Source: a virus
DNA length: 64,000 bases
Virus record (IMG/VR): IMGVR_UViG_3300006802_000076
Span: 1 to 64,000 of that record
Direction: 5' to 3' (one strand)
In this document: one piece after another, positions 6,950-17,538 of the stretch
How positions within the stretch are numbered: position 1 is the first letter of the stretch
Layout of the letters: each line of letters opens with the position of its first letter
Program-made: the position numbers and the translations under genes
Notes under the pieces: generated by a model
Database searches by the model: none
Told to the model about the DNA's origin: nothing
The model's input: the letters and a program-made list of their open reading frames with translations, nothing else

Positions 6950-7310
6950 ATCCTTTCTCGCTCAAAACAAAATTTTCAAAGTATCTAACAATTGTTTCTT
7001 TGTATATTTTTAGCAACCATTCTTTATCTCTATTAGATCTTTTGCCAAAAAAGAATGTAAGAATGTATTCTTCTTTATCAAGTTTCAGAATATCATCAAG
7101 CTTAAGCTCTTTATAAGGCCTAATACCGGCCCTTTTGAAATTAATTTTTGTATATCTATAGATATGCTCCGGATATTTGATGATATGTATCCGACTTTTT
7201 GTCAAAGTGGCAATAAATTTAACAATATACTCATACGGAATGTAGTCATCTGCAAGAATTACTACATTTTTGTCTTCTAGGAGCCTGCCAATATCTTGCT
7301 CATTGCTCAT
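6915..7310 (-). CDS. Hypothetical protein
   Basis: 4-nt overlap with thyX. Confidence 0.6.
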   Translation of the reverse strand: MSNEQDIGRLLEDKNVVILADDYIPYEYIVKFIATLTKSRIHIIKYPEHIYRYTKINFKRAGIRPYKELKLDDILKLDKEEYILTFFFGKRSNRDKEWLLKIYKETIVRYFENFVLSEKGFDYDENSPLFQ

Positions 7311-7996
7311 AAAGCCTCTCTACCGTTGTCTCTAAACAATTTTAGCGCAACAGGAGCAATGGATTCAGCAAATTCTTCAATAGCTTTAGCAAATTCTCGA
7401 ATTTCTAGCTGAGCATGAGAGTCATTCCTAAGCGATAGGAAATTTAGAAGACTTCTTAGATTAACTGTCCATACAAATTCTGTGTATTGACCAACAGGAA
7501 GAACTGATCTGGCAATTTCTTTTGCGACACCTGCATCTAAAAGGTCATAATATGCAGATTCTGCCACAGAATAAACATCACTCATCAAACCTTGAATAAA
7601 TGATACTGTTGTTTGATCGGTAATTGGTTCAAAAGAGTAATTTCCTGGCTTACCTACTTGTTTACGCATTGAATCATATTCTGGAATATAAAACTCTAGC
7701 TCATCTGGTACATAATATCTCATACTCATCTCGTTAAAAGATGACCATCTATGTCTAAACCACTCTCTCGCCACAAAAATTGGGCATTTTACATAAAACT
7801 TGTATGTAACATGCTCAAATGGAGTGGCGTGCTTATTCTTCATCAAAAAATTGATGAGTCCTTCAGCGCGCTCATCCATTTCGGACTGGTAGCTAGAAAA
7901 GCTAACTCTTGCAGCATTAACAATATCTAAATCTCCACCCATTGCATCAATTAAATCAACTTTTCCATGATCTAGAACTTTAATCCCTAATGTCAT
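7307..7996 (-). CDS. thyX: Flavin-dependent thymidylate synthase
   Basis: HATPFEH, REWFRHR, NEMSMRY, AQLEIR motifs. Confidence 0.95.
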   Translation of the reverse strand: MTLGIKVLDHGKVDLIDAMGGDLDIVNAARVSFSSYQSEMDERAEGLINFLMKNKHATPFEHVTYKFYVKCPIFVAREWFRHRWSSFNEMSMRYYVPDELEFYIPEYDSMRKQVGKPGNYSFEPITDQTTVSFIQGLMSDVYSVAESAYYDLLDAGVAKEIARSVLPVGQYTEFVWTVNLRSLLNFLSLRNDSHAQLEIREFAKAIEEFAESIAPVALKLFRDNGREAL

Positions 7997-8150
7997 GGGA
8001 AGCAGTCTACACGGGATTTCGCTGAAGATCGTCAGATCAAAAGATTTTTTCAGGGGATTTGCATCTTTTTCTTTTTAGTCGTGTATACTTCGCAAGCGAA
8101 GCGCGCGATAAGCTTATAGACGTGTAACTGTTTAGGGGTTAAAATATAAT

Positions 8151-8375
8151 ATGAAAGTAATTGCAATAGTAGAATCTGACGACTACAGCGGAGCAGCAAT
8201 AGTAGATCCTTCATTCATTACTGTCGTCCAAGTTGATGACACATATTTTGCTGCATCAAGATGCCTATTTAGCGAAAGAGGTGTCACATGCGAAATATCT
8301 GAATCTGATGCTCTTGCGCTTGTTAGTCGCGGTGTAGAATTAATTTCTACAGATTCGCTAACAGGTAACCAATGA
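8151..8375 (+). CDS. Hypothetical protein
   Basis: ATGA overlap with the next gene. Confidence 0.6.
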   Translation: MKVIAIVESDDYSGAAIVDPSFITVVQVDDTYFAASRCLFSERGVTCEISESDALALVSRGVELISTDSLTGNQ

Positions 8376-9379
8376 AAAAAATAAGCTGGTTTACTCCTCA
8401 ATCAAACGATTTATCAGGCGAGCAGTGGTATTCGCCTGGATATCAGAATGCTGCAATAGCAAACATAAAAGAACTAAATGCAATGCACGTCGCGGTTTAT
8501 TACAATAAACCGGAAATTCCATATCATATTAATTTCTGCCAGCCCGTGTACTATCAGCATAATAATGACTATGTAGTTGGCTACACACCGTGGGAAAGTA
8601 CTGTTGTGCCTAGTAGCTGGCTATATAATATGTCTTTATGTGATGAAATATGGACTACATCTAACTTCGTAAAAGATGTGTTTTCTAACTACAACGTGAA
8701 CAATAACATTCACGTTATTCATCATGGTGCGTCTCCAGAGTTTACTATTCTAGATAGAGAAATTACAGACAAGTTTAATTTTTTGCATGTTGGTGGTGAG
8801 TCTCTTAGAAAGAATTCTCAGATGGTTGTTGATGCATTCTTGGATTTATTCGATGGCAATAAAGATTATAGACTTATTCTAAAATATAATAATAAGAGCA
8901 ATGCAAAAGTAAGAATGAATAATGAACTTGTAGATGCCAGTAAGCATCCACAGATTGTATGTTTAGAACATTCTTTAAATACTCAAGATCTTATTGAACT
9001 TTATCATAAATCACATTGTATGATTTATCCGACTAAAGGTGAAGGGTTTGGTATGATACCCTTTGAAGCTATAGCTACAGGTATGCCAACTATTGTGACT
9101 AATGCAACAGGTACAGCAGATTTTGCTGAAATGTCATTTGCATTAAATGCTGAGATGGCGGAAGCAAAAGAGCAATCTGAATATTATGGGGTAGACACCG
9201 GCCTGTGGGCTTACCCAAGCTATGATCATCTCCTTGAACTTATGCGTCAGGTGGTAGATGATTATGATGCGGCAAAAAGAAAAACGATCCAGTCCGCAAA
9301 AATCATTCACGATTCGTGGAGATGGACGGATTCCGCTGCTAAGATCTATGATCGGTATCAAGATTTTGTCGGCTTCTAG
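8372..9379 (+). CDS. GT-B (GT4-like) glycosyltransferase
   Basis: RKN, EGFGMIPFEAIATGMPTIVT. Confidence 0.9.
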   Translation: MKKISWFTPQSNDLSGEQWYSPGYQNAAIANIKELNAMHVAVYYNKPEIPYHINFCQPVYYQHNNDYVVGYTPWESTVVPSSWLYNMSLCDEIWTTSNFVKDVFSNYNVNNNIHVIHHGASPEFTILDREITDKFNFLHVGGESLRKNSQMVVDAFLDLFDGNKDYRLILKYNNKSNAKVRMNNELVDASKHPQIVCLEHSLNTQDLIELYHKSHCMIYPTKGEGFGMIPFEAIATGMPTIVTNATGTADFAEMSFALNAEMAEAKEQSEYYGVDTGLWAYPSYDHLLELMRQVVDDYDAAKRKTIQSAKIIHDSWRWTDSAAKIYDRYQDFVGF

Positions 9380-9474
9380 TTTTTACTAATAGTCAATAAT
9401 TATCCTAGTCAATTTTTAGTGTTGAAAGTTTTTGATACTGTTATGATTGAAGTCTATTATTTTTAGGAGGCAGA

Positions 9475-11403
9475 GTGGAAAATATTATAACACCAGAATT
9501 TGTATCAAAGTATGTTGATAAGACACCGCCGTGGGGCTTTAACGGGATGGGTGAAATCGTTTATCGAAGGACTTATGCAAGAGACATTGAATCGCTAGGT
9601 CGAAAAGAGTATTGGTTTGAAACAATTGCTAGGGCTATTAATGGAGCACAAGAAATTGGTGCTAACTATACAAAGGACGAAGCAGAAAGACTTTTTGATT
9701 ATATCTTTAATTTAAAGGGTATTTTTGCCGGTCGCGCACTTTGGCAGTTAGGAACGCCACTTGTCAAGCAGATGAGTGGCGTTTCTCTTGTCAACTGCTG
9801 GATGACAACAATCTCTAAAGTCGAAGATTTTAAGTTTTTGATGGACCATCTAATGGTTGGTGGTGGTGTCGGTTTCTCTGTTGAAAGAGCGGTAGTCCAT
9901 GATTTTCCAAAAGTTAAGTCTATTGATAGCATCAAGCATCTAAGGGCTAATGATGCAGATTTTATTGTTCCAGATAGCCGTCAGGGGTGGTCTGCTCTAC
10001 TTGGAAAGGTGCTTGAAAGCTATTTTTATACTGGAGAGTCGTTTACTTATAGCACTATTTTGATTCGTGGTTACGGCGCACCTCTCAAGACTTTCGGTGG
10101 AACAGCGTCCGGTCCTGAGATTTTGATTGAAGGCATTGCTGACATTTGCAAAATCCTTGATGCTCGTTCTGGCAAAAAGATTCGCTCCGTTGATGCTCTT
10201 GATATCTGCAATATTATTGGCAAAATTGTTGTTGCCGGGTCTGCTCGTCGTTCGGCCCAGATTGCTATTGGTGATCCTGATGATTTTTTGTATCTGCGAG
10301 CGAAGAACTGGGGTAAGGGTGATATTCCATCATGGCGTGGTAATTCAAACAACTCTATCTTTGCTGATTCTTATGATGAAATTATTGATGAGTTCTGGAA
10401 GGGCTATGATGGAACCGGTGAACCATATGGTCTGATTAACCGTGAACTTATTCGCAAGACCGGCCGTCTTGGGGAGCGCGTTAATGATAGCAAAGTTATT
10501 GGAACAAACCCTTGTGGTGAAATTGGGCTTGAAGATGGAGAACCTTGCAATCTTGCTGAAATCTTTCTTCCAAATATTCAAAGCAAGGAGGAGTTGATTG
10601 ATATTAGTAGATTGCTTTACAAGACTCAAAAGGCAATTACTACTCTCAGCTATCCTTATAAAAAGTCTCAAGATGTAATTTCTCGCAATCGCCGTCTTGG
10701 TCAGGGTATTACTGGCTGGCTTCAGTGTACTGAAGATCAGTTATCGTGGGTTTCTGATTGCTATGAAGACCTTCGCAAGTTTGATATTGAGTGGTCGAAA
10801 GAAATTGGTGTTAATTCGTCTATCAAGTTGACAACTGTAAAACCTTCAGGTACTTTGAGTTTGCTTGCTGGGGTTACTCCTGGAATCCATCCAGCGTATT
10901 CTCAGTATTATATTCGCAGAGTTCGAATGGGAAGCAATGATCCTCTTGTTAATTATTGCCGGGACCGCGGATTCGATGTCCAGTATGATATAGGCCTAGA
11001 TGGTAAGGAAAATCACACAATTTGCGTGGTTTCGTTTCCATGCGAAACTCCTGAAAATGCCGTTCTTGCAAAGAACATGACTGCCATTGAGCAGCTTGAG
11101 TGGGTTGTGAAAGCTCAGTCTGTTTGGGCTGACAATAATGTTTCTGTAACTGTTTATTATCGTAAAGAGGAGCTTCCTAAAATTCAGGAATGGATGAAAA
11201 AGAACTATAAAAACAAAGTCAAGTCTGTTTCGTTTTTGCTTCATAGCGATCACGGTTTTGCGCTTGCTCCATATGAAGAGATTGATAAGTTTGAATACGA
11301 TAAGATGAAATCAAAGATTAAAGAGGTTGCTTTTATTGATCAAATTAATGAGTACTCAATTGAAGATTTGGAATGTGAAGGTGGAGCATGTCCGATTCGG
11401 TAA
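9475..11403 (+). CDS. nrdJ: Class II (B12-dependent) ribonucleotide reductase
   Basis: TNPCGEI, CNLAE, TTVKPSGTLSLL, C-terminal CEGGACPIR; no small subunit nearby. Confidence 0.9.
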   Translation: MENIITPEFVSKYVDKTPPWGFNGMGEIVYRRTYARDIESLGRKEYWFETIARAINGAQEIGANYTKDEAERLFDYIFNLKGIFAGRALWQLGTPLVKQMSGVSLVNCWMTTISKVEDFKFLMDHLMVGGGVGFSVERAVVHDFPKVKSIDSIKHLRANDADFIVPDSRQGWSALLGKVLESYFYTGESFTYSTILIRGYGAPLKTFGGTASGPEILIEGIADICKILDARSGKKIRSVDALDICNIIGKIVVAGSARRSAQIAIGDPDDFLYLRAKNWGKGDIPSWRGNSNNSIFADSYDEIIDEFWKGYDGTGEPYGLINRELIRKTGRLGERVNDSKVIGTNPCGEIGLEDGEPCNLAEIFLPNIQSKEELIDISRLLYKTQKAITTLSYPYKKSQDVISRNRRLGQGITGWLQCTEDQLSWVSDCYEDLRKFDIEWSKEIGVNSSIKLTTVKPSGTLSLLAGVTPGIHPAYSQYYIRRVRMGSNDPLVNYCRDRGFDVQYDIGLDGKENHTICVVSFPCETPENAVLAKNMTAIEQLEWVVKAQSVWADNNVSVTVYYRKEELPKIQEWMKKNYKNKVKSVSFLLHSDHGFALAPYEEIDKFEYDKMKSKIKEVAFIDQINEYSIEDLECEGGACPIR

Positions 11404-11571
11404 ACTCTAATATAAATAAATACTCCCTTGTCATATCTAAATGCTGTGAAGAGTTCCCAATTATTTCAAAGTACACTATTGGATATACGCAAACTTGCCC
11501 CACTTGCGGCGAAGATGTGGAAATCTTTTATCAAAAGTACAATATACCGAATACCTAGATTAAAGATCAAC

Positions 11572-11605
11572 GAGAAAACCGCACCTATTTGGTGCGGTTT
11601 TTCTC
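11572..11605. terminator. Terminator hairpin
   Basis: GAGAAAACCGCACC-TATTT-GGTGCGGTTTTTCTC. Confidence 0.7.
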
Positions 11606-11649
11606 ATTTCTATGTGCTTTTTGGACAAAAGTAATGTAGTATATCTTGG

Positions 11650-11994
11650 ATGATTGATAATTACGTGAAGAATAAGCAACTATATGTTCCTGAAAGGACT
11701 TTTGGTGTCTGTATTTGGATCATGCCAAACGGAAAGCCATTATCTGATGGCGACGGGGTTCTTTGCGCCGAAGGTTTAGTTGGAGATAAGAATGTTGAAA
11801 AGCAAGTTGCTCAAGCTGCTAAGTATTGGACAGGTAGTGATGAGGGGTACACAACATGGGTCGGAGGGGCTAGAAAGGTTTCAGCCTCAGAGCGAGATGA
11901 TCAAGTTGAGCGCCTTAATGAAGGTTTAAATCCAGATCCTTATGAGGATGTTATTGAAGAAGCGGTTCGTAAAGAACTTAATAGGAGAAAGTGA
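11650..11994 (+). CDS. Hypothetical protein
   Basis: Directly upstream of the portal gene. Confidence 0.7.
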   Translation: MIDNYVKNKQLYVPERTFGVCIWIMPNGKPLSDGDGVLCAEGLVGDKNVEKQVAQAAKYWTGSDEGYTTWVGGARKVSASERDDQVERLNEGLNPDPYEDVIEEAVRKELNRRK

Positions 11995-13613
11995 TGAGAG
12001 GGCAAGTAAGTCATGTTGATGAGTCTGATGTCGAAGAATTAATTCTTGACGATGTAGATTATTATCAGTCCATTACAAAAATTGAAAAAACTGATCCATT
12101 TAAGAGTGTTAAGTTTTCATCTCTTTCAGCCAAGATGAAAAGAAAAGCCTCGCGGCTCTCTAAGAGGTATGAGGGGGTTGATGGAGCTGAATCTAAGTAT
12201 ATTGATCCAGAGAATCTGGATGGGTATTCTCTTTACGATATTGTTTCGCCTCCATATGATTTAATAACTCTTGCTGAGCTTTATGATTCAAGTGCAATTC
12301 ATAATGCTGCTATTAATGCTAGAGTTATGAATACTGTTGGCCTTGGTTATTCTTTCCCTGAGACTTTGAAGTCTAAGAGGCGTCTTGAAAAGGCACAGGG
12401 AGATTCAGAGAGGCTGAGTCGGGTAAGAAAAAATATTCAAGATGTACGTCAAGCGTTAGAAGAGAAATTTGAAAACTTCAATGAAGAAGAGACTTTTATT
12501 GAGACTATAACAAAAGTATGGCTTGATGTTTTAACCACTGGTAATGGCTATATTGAAATTGGTAGAACTAATTCTGGAGAGATTGGCTATATAGGACATG
12601 TTCCATCCACTTTGATGAGAGTTCGTAGAAAAAGGGATGGATATGTGCAAATCGCAAAGAGTAATAAAATTCAGGCAGTTTTTTTTAGGAACTTTCAAGA
12701 TTTAGAGACTGATGATCCTATTAATTCAGATCCTTCTCCAAACGAAATAATCCATTTTAAGACTTATTCACCAAATAGTACATATTATGGAATCCCATCA
12801 AGCGTTTCTGCGGCTGCGGCAATTGTCGGAGATAAGTTTGCAAAAGAATACAATATTGATTATTTCGAAAATAAAGCTATTCCAAGATATGCAATTATTA
12901 TTAAAGGAGCGAAGCTCAGTGCCAGGTCTAAGCAGGAGCTGGTCAACTACTTCCGTCAGGAGGTCAAGGGTAGAAATCACGGTACGTTGATTGTTCCGCT
13001 TCCAGCTTCTCTGGGTGGAGACACGGATATCAAATTTGAAAAACTTGAGGCTGGCATCCAGGACGCTTCTTTTGATAAGTATCGTAAATCAAACAGGGAT
13101 GAGATTCTTGTAGCTAACCGTGTTCCAGCACCAAAAGTGGGTGTTTATGATAATGCAAACCTTGCTGTTTCTAGGGACGCCGATAAAACTTTTAAAACTC
13201 AAGTTATCGGCCCAGATCAGTCAGTTATCGAAAAGAAACTAAATAGATTAATTTCTGAATTTACTGATCTTGTAACAATCAAATTTAATCGTATTGATCT
13301 TGTTGATGAAGATATTCAATCAAGAATTCATGATAGATATCTTCGTACTGAAGTAATTACACCTAATGAAGTTCGTAATGAGTTGGGTATGCCTGAGCGT
13401 ATTGATGGTGATGAGCCTTTGCCATACCCAACAAAGATAAAAAGAGAACAAGGGGCTTCTAAAGGCCCAGGTGCTCCTGAAGGAAATACCAACAATATAG
13501 CTGATGTTCCAAGAAGGGCATATTCTGATACGCCATCCGGTTCTTCTGATCCTCGCACAAGCGGCGATCAGGCTGAGCGAGGGCAAAATCAAGACAATGG
13601 AGGAAACGAATAA
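11991..13613 (+). CDS. Portal protein
   Basis: TGNGYIEI, EIIHFK, YYGIP, YFENKAIP, TPNEVRNELG. Confidence 0.9.
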   Translation: MMRGQVSHVDESDVEELILDDVDYYQSITKIEKTDPFKSVKFSSLSAKMKRKASRLSKRYEGVDGAESKYIDPENLDGYSLYDIVSPPYDLITLAELYDSSAIHNAAINARVMNTVGLGYSFPETLKSKRRLEKAQGDSERLSRVRKNIQDVRQALEEKFENFNEEETFIETITKVWLDVLTTGNGYIEIGRTNSGEIGYIGHVPSTLMRVRRKRDGYVQIAKSNKIQAVFFRNFQDLETDDPINSDPSPNEIIHFKTYSPNSTYYGIPSSVSAAAAIVGDKFAKEYNIDYFENKAIPRYAIIIKGAKLSARSKQELVNYFRQEVKGRNHGTLIVPLPASLGGDTDIKFEKLEAGIQDASFDKYRKSNRDEILVANRVPAPKVGVYDNANLAVSRDADKTFKTQVIGPDQSVIEKKLNRLISEFTDLVTIKFNRIDLVDEDIQSRIHDRYLRTEVITPNEVRNELGMPERIDGDEPLPYPTKIKREQGASKGPGAPEGNTNNIADVPRRAYSDTPSGSSDPRTSGDQAERGQNQDNGGNE

Positions 13614-13876
13614 TGAGTGAAGGACATATTGTCTATTCAAATGTAAATCTATCTGACACTGACGGTGTTCAGACAATTAATCATCACACTTATGCTATTT
13701 ATTTAGTTAATCGTGATGCGAATAATTGGGTTGAAGTTAAGCTGAATGGAAAACATTCAGTAGTTTTGCCGGACTCTCAAGGTCATGTGCATAACTATTT
13801 AGAAGTTTATGGTGACTATAACACTATTGAAGTCTTAACTGCGGGCGCAAGTATTGGCGTTTTTGCTGTTGGATGA
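13613..13876 (+). CDS. Hypothetical protein
   Basis: Coupled to the portal stop codon. Confidence 0.65.
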   Translation: MSEGHIVYSNVNLSDTDGVQTINHHTYAIYLVNRDANNWVEVKLNGKHSVVLPDSQGHVHNYLEVYGDYNTIEVLTAGASIGVFAVG

Positions 13877-13896
13877 CATTATTATAAGAGGTTTAA

Positions 13897-14229
13897 ATGG
13901 CTGCTGAAAGAAATATATCAATTTATCAAGGTGATACATATATCCATGATGTTACAATAGCTAATTCAAGCAATGCGGCTATTGATATCAGTGGCAGGTC
14001 TTATTCTGGGCAAATCCGTCTTTATGCCGGTGACTCAAATGTTGTTGCGAATTTTACAACAGAAGTCGTTTCTGGCCCCGATGGACAGATGAGGTTTAGT
14101 CTTTCACCAGCTCAGACAGCCAATATCCCTGGAGGCGTTTATGTTTATGATCTTCAGGAAACAAATGGGTCGGTTATTTTGACAATCCTGTCAGGTTCTG
14201 TGACAGTAACACCAGAGGTAACCAGGTGA
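13897..14229 (+). CDS. Ig-like virion adaptor protein
   Basis: IYQGDTY...YVYDLQ...ILSGSVTVTPEVTR pattern. Confidence 0.6.
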   Translation: MAAERNISIYQGDTYIHDVTIANSSNAAIDISGRSYSGQIRLYAGDSNVVANFTTEVVSGPDGQMRFSLSPAQTANIPGGVYVYDLQETNGSVILTILSGSVTVTPEVTR

Positions 14230-14654
14230 GCGCTGATTTAACTACTGTTAGAATAACTGAATTTGACTCCACTAATCTCTCAATAGGTGGATCTGATAGT
14301 ACAACTTTATCAATATCCTCTGGTGATGCAAGTTCTGTTTTTATAAGAGAGAACGAGTCAACAAGTATTTCTTTTACTGGGTATGAGGTTTCATCTGTAT
14401 CAATTTCGAATCTTGAAACAACAGCTGTTTCAATAACGCCAGCAGAATCTACTGCTGTTTCATTTTTTAATGCTGAAGCAACAGTGCTGCAAGCAGTTGC
14501 TGCTACTTTAAATATTGGAGCTGGTATTTCATTTTCTAATGAGCTACCGCTTGAGTTATCAAATACAGGATCGTCTGGAACAAGCCTATTAGCTTCTAGA
14601 TCGGATCATAGACATCCATCAACTGGGATGTTTTTAAATGGAGGAAATTTTTAA
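14226..14654 (+). CDS. Ser/Thr-rich virion protein
   Basis: SRSDHRHP fibre-type motif. Confidence 0.55.
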   Translation: MSADLTTVRITEFDSTNLSIGGSDSTTLSISSGDASSVFIRENESTSISFTGYEVSSVSISNLETTAVSITPAESTAVSFFNAEATVLQAVAATLNIGAGISFSNELPLELSNTGSSGTSLLASRSDHRHPSTGMFLNGGNF

Positions 14655-16454
14655 ATGTCTAATACAATTAGAATCAAAAGAAGAGCTACTGGGCTAGCAG
14701 GTGCCCCTAGTACGCTTAAGAATGCTGAGCTAGCATTTAACGAAGTCGATGAGGTCTTGTATTATGGTACTGGTGCCGATGTAAATGGTGATGCTAATAC
14801 CATTATCTCAATTGGTGGCCCTGGCGCTTTTGTAAACCTTTCTGGAACTCAGACTATTTCTGGTGGAAAGACTTTTTCTGGAACAGTCGCTCTAGGATCT
14901 TCTGCTACCGCTTCAACTAAAAGCGCTAATGATAATTCAACTAGCGTCGCTACTACTGCGTATGTTGATGCTGCCATTGGTGGTGTAGGTGGCACTCTTA
15001 CTGTTGCTGCAGACAGCGGAAGTCCTGACGGTGTTGTTGTCGGGACAGATACTCTTACATTTGCTGGAGATACTGGCATAACAACAACTGTTTCTAGTAA
15101 TCAAATATCTATTGATCTTGATGATACAGCTGTGAGTCCGGCTAGTTATGGGTCGTCTTCCTCCGTTGCGACCTTTACAGTCGATCAGCAAGGACGTTTG
15201 ACTGCTGCTGGATCTGCCTCCATCTCTATTGCTTCCACTGCTGTATCTGACTTCACAGAGGCTGTGCAAGATGTTGCTGGTGCTCAGATTGCAACTAATG
15301 GCGTTCATACTGGTATTTCTGCTTCTTACGATGACGCTGGCGATGGGGCTATTGATCTTGCTCTGACTACTACTGGTGTGACAGGAGCAACTTATGGTGA
15401 TGCAAATTCTGTTGGTCAATTCACTGTTGACTCTTATGGTCGCCTTACTGCGGCATCAAATGTGGATATTTCAATCACATCAAGTCAAGTAAGTGATCTT
15501 GGTACTAACACTGTTACATCTTTAACCGGAACAACTAATGAAGTTCAAGTTTCTGCCTCCAATGGCGCTGTGACAGTTGGGCTTCCTGACAGTGTCACTA
15601 TCGCATCTAATCTTACTGTTGGTGGAAATTTGACTGTCAATGGTGACACAACTACTGTTAATACATCAACTCTATCTGTTGAAGATCCACTAATAATTCT
15701 TGCAAGTGGAAATGGTACAAGTGATTCTGTAGATATTGGTTTCTATGGCTTATATGATACGTCTGGAAGTCAAGATCTTTACGCCGGGCTATTTAGGGAT
15801 GCCTCAGATGGCAAGTTCAGACTATTCAAGGATTTGCAATCCGCTCCTGATACAACTGTCAATACTGCTGGCACTGGTTACTCAGTTGCTTCTCTTGTCG
15901 CGAACCTTGAGGGCAATGTCACTGGCAATGCATCAACAGCCACGACTCTTGAAACAGCAAGAAACATTAACGGGGTATCGTTTGATGGCTCTGCGGATAT
16001 AACAGTTACGGCTGCTGCTGGTACATTGACTGGGACGACATTGAATTCTAGTGTTGTTACATCTTCTTTAACAACTCTGGGAACTATTGGAACTGGTGTC
16101 TGGCAGGGTACAGCGGTGGGTATCGCATACGGCGGTACTGGGGCAACCACTGCATCCGCAGCCAGAACCAATCTTGGTTTGGCTATTGGTACAAACGTGC
16201 AGGCTTACGATGTCGAACTTGCAGCTATAGCTGGTTTGACATCTGCAGCTGATCGTTTGCCTTATTTTACTGGAAGCGGTACTGCTGGATTAGCAACGTT
16301 TACAGCATTTGGTCGCACACTGGTTGATGATGCTGATGCCGGTACAGCTAGAACAACTCTAGGTCTTGGAAGCATTTCTACTCAGAATTCCAATAATGTG
16401 AGCATTACTGGTGGTAGCATTGATGGTGTAACTTTTGATGGCGGTACTTTCTAA
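14655..16454 (+). CDS. Fibre-like virion protein
   Basis: IRIKRR...ELAFN N-terminus; TVDQQGRLTAA repeats; GGTGATTASAARTNLGL. Confidence 0.75.
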   Translation: MSNTIRIKRRATGLAGAPSTLKNAELAFNEVDEVLYYGTGADVNGDANTIISIGGPGAFVNLSGTQTISGGKTFSGTVALGSSATASTKSANDNSTSVATTAYVDAAIGGVGGTLTVAADSGSPDGVVVGTDTLTFAGDTGITTTVSSNQISIDLDDTAVSPASYGSSSSVATFTVDQQGRLTAAGSASISIASTAVSDFTEAVQDVAGAQIATNGVHTGISASYDDAGDGAIDLALTTTGVTGATYGDANSVGQFTVDSYGRLTAASNVDISITSSQVSDLGTNTVTSLTGTTNEVQVSASNGAVTVGLPDSVTIASNLTVGGNLTVNGDTTTVNTSTLSVEDPLIILASGNGTSDSVDIGFYGLYDTSGSQDLYAGLFRDASDGKFRLFKDLQSAPDTTVNTAGTGYSVASLVANLEGNVTGNASTATTLETARNINGVSFDGSADITVTAAAGTLTGTTLNSSVVTSSLTTLGTIGTGVWQGTAVGIAYGGTGATTASAARTNLGLAIGTNVQAYDVELAAIAGLTSAADRLPYFTGSGTAGLATFTAFGRTLVDDADAGTARTTLGLGSISTQNSNNVSITGGSIDGVTFDGGTF

Positions 16455-16465
16455 GGAGAGTTTAA

Positions 16466-17314
16466 GTGGCCAACACTATTAAGATCAAAAATTCAGGTAC
16501 TGCTTCTAATGTCCCTTCGTCGCTTGAATTTGGTGAGCTTGCTATTAATTATGCTGACGGTAAGCTTTTCTATAAGAATGGCGGTGGGGCTGTTGTGGAA
16601 TTCTCTTCTGGAGGCGGGTCTTCAGTGTCTGTTTCAGACACAGCGCCATCGTCCCCATCCTCTGGAGATTTATGGTACGACTCATCAACGCAGGTGATGT
16701 ACATATACTATAATGATGGTTCGTCTAGCCAGTGGGTAGAAGTTGTTGCAGGAGCTGGAGGCGGTGCTGTTAGCTATCTTACGGCAAATCTTAGTGGTGG
16801 CTATTCTATCCCTGGGGTTTTTCTTACTCAAGAAGCAAGCAATCAAAGTATTGCAGCAAACACTGCATACTATCAACCGTTTATAGTTGGTGAAGAAATA
16901 ACAGTTTCGTCTATAAGGCTGTATGTTCAGACCGCTTCAGGTACGTCTGGAGCAAAACTCCGGTTGTCGATTTACGAGTCTGACGCAGATTGGGTGCCTG
17001 GTGATCTTGTATTAGATGCTGGGGAAGTAGCTTGTGACTCTACTGGGAGTAAGAGTATTTCTATTTCTCAGACTCTTTCTCCAGGCTACTACTTTATGCG
17101 TGTCCATGGTGATGGCTCTGCGTCAAGGCCACTACTATATACTTGGAGAGGGTTTCCTATTTCTGGTGCGTGGACTGGTCCTGATGTACAATATTATTAC
17201 GAATATAAATCTAGTAAGACGTATGGTACTGCTGAAGACCCTGCTTCGCCTTCTCCTTCGGTATCTGGTACTAGTAGCGCTCCTTTCTTATATTTCACTA
17301 GGATGGTTTACTAA
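16466..17314 (+). CDS. Fibre/receptor-binding-like protein
   Basis: GELAINYADGKLFY; APSSPSSGDLWYDS. Confidence 0.65.
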   Translation: MANTIKIKNSGTASNVPSSLEFGELAINYADGKLFYKNGGGAVVEFSSGGGSSVSVSDTAPSSPSSGDLWYDSSTQVMYIYYNDGSSSQWVEVVAGAGGGAVSYLTANLSGGYSIPGVFLTQEASNQSIAANTAYYQPFIVGEEITVSSIRLYVQTASGTSGAKLRLSIYESDADWVPGDLVLDAGEVACDSTGSKSISISQTLSPGYYFMRVHGDGSASRPLLYTWRGFPISGAWTGPDVQYYYEYKSSKTYGTAEDPASPSPSVSGTSSAPFLYFTRMVY

Positions 17315-17538
17315 TGAGACAAGACGTTAATGAAGTTTGGGATTCTGAGGGTAATTTGCTGTCTTCAGAGGTTGTTGATGTCCCTCATATCCCTTTATCT
17401 GGGCTTCCTTTAATTGGAGCTTTGAATGCTGCTTTGGGTTTGTGGTCTTTAGAAGATGCAGCTAATTTAACCGGGGTGTCTCAGCAAGAACTTATTGATG
17501 AAGTTCTAGCTTGGGAGGAGGTACAGAATGGCAGTTAA
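17314..17538 (+). CDS. Hypothetical protein
   Basis: Translationally coupled ORF. Confidence 0.6.
   Translation: MRQDVNEVWDSEGNLLSSEVVDVPHIPLSGLPLIGALNAALGLWSLEDAANLTGVSQQELIDEVLAWEEVQNGS

Noticed and set aside
8088-8103. CTTCGC-AA-GCGAAGCG in the divergent promoter region, resembling the array loop motif
   Set aside because: Only 8 nt match and the flanking stem and boxes are absent; may be chance
11428-11634. 68-aa ORF after nrdJ
   Set aside because: TTG start without RBS, and it runs through a terminator hairpin
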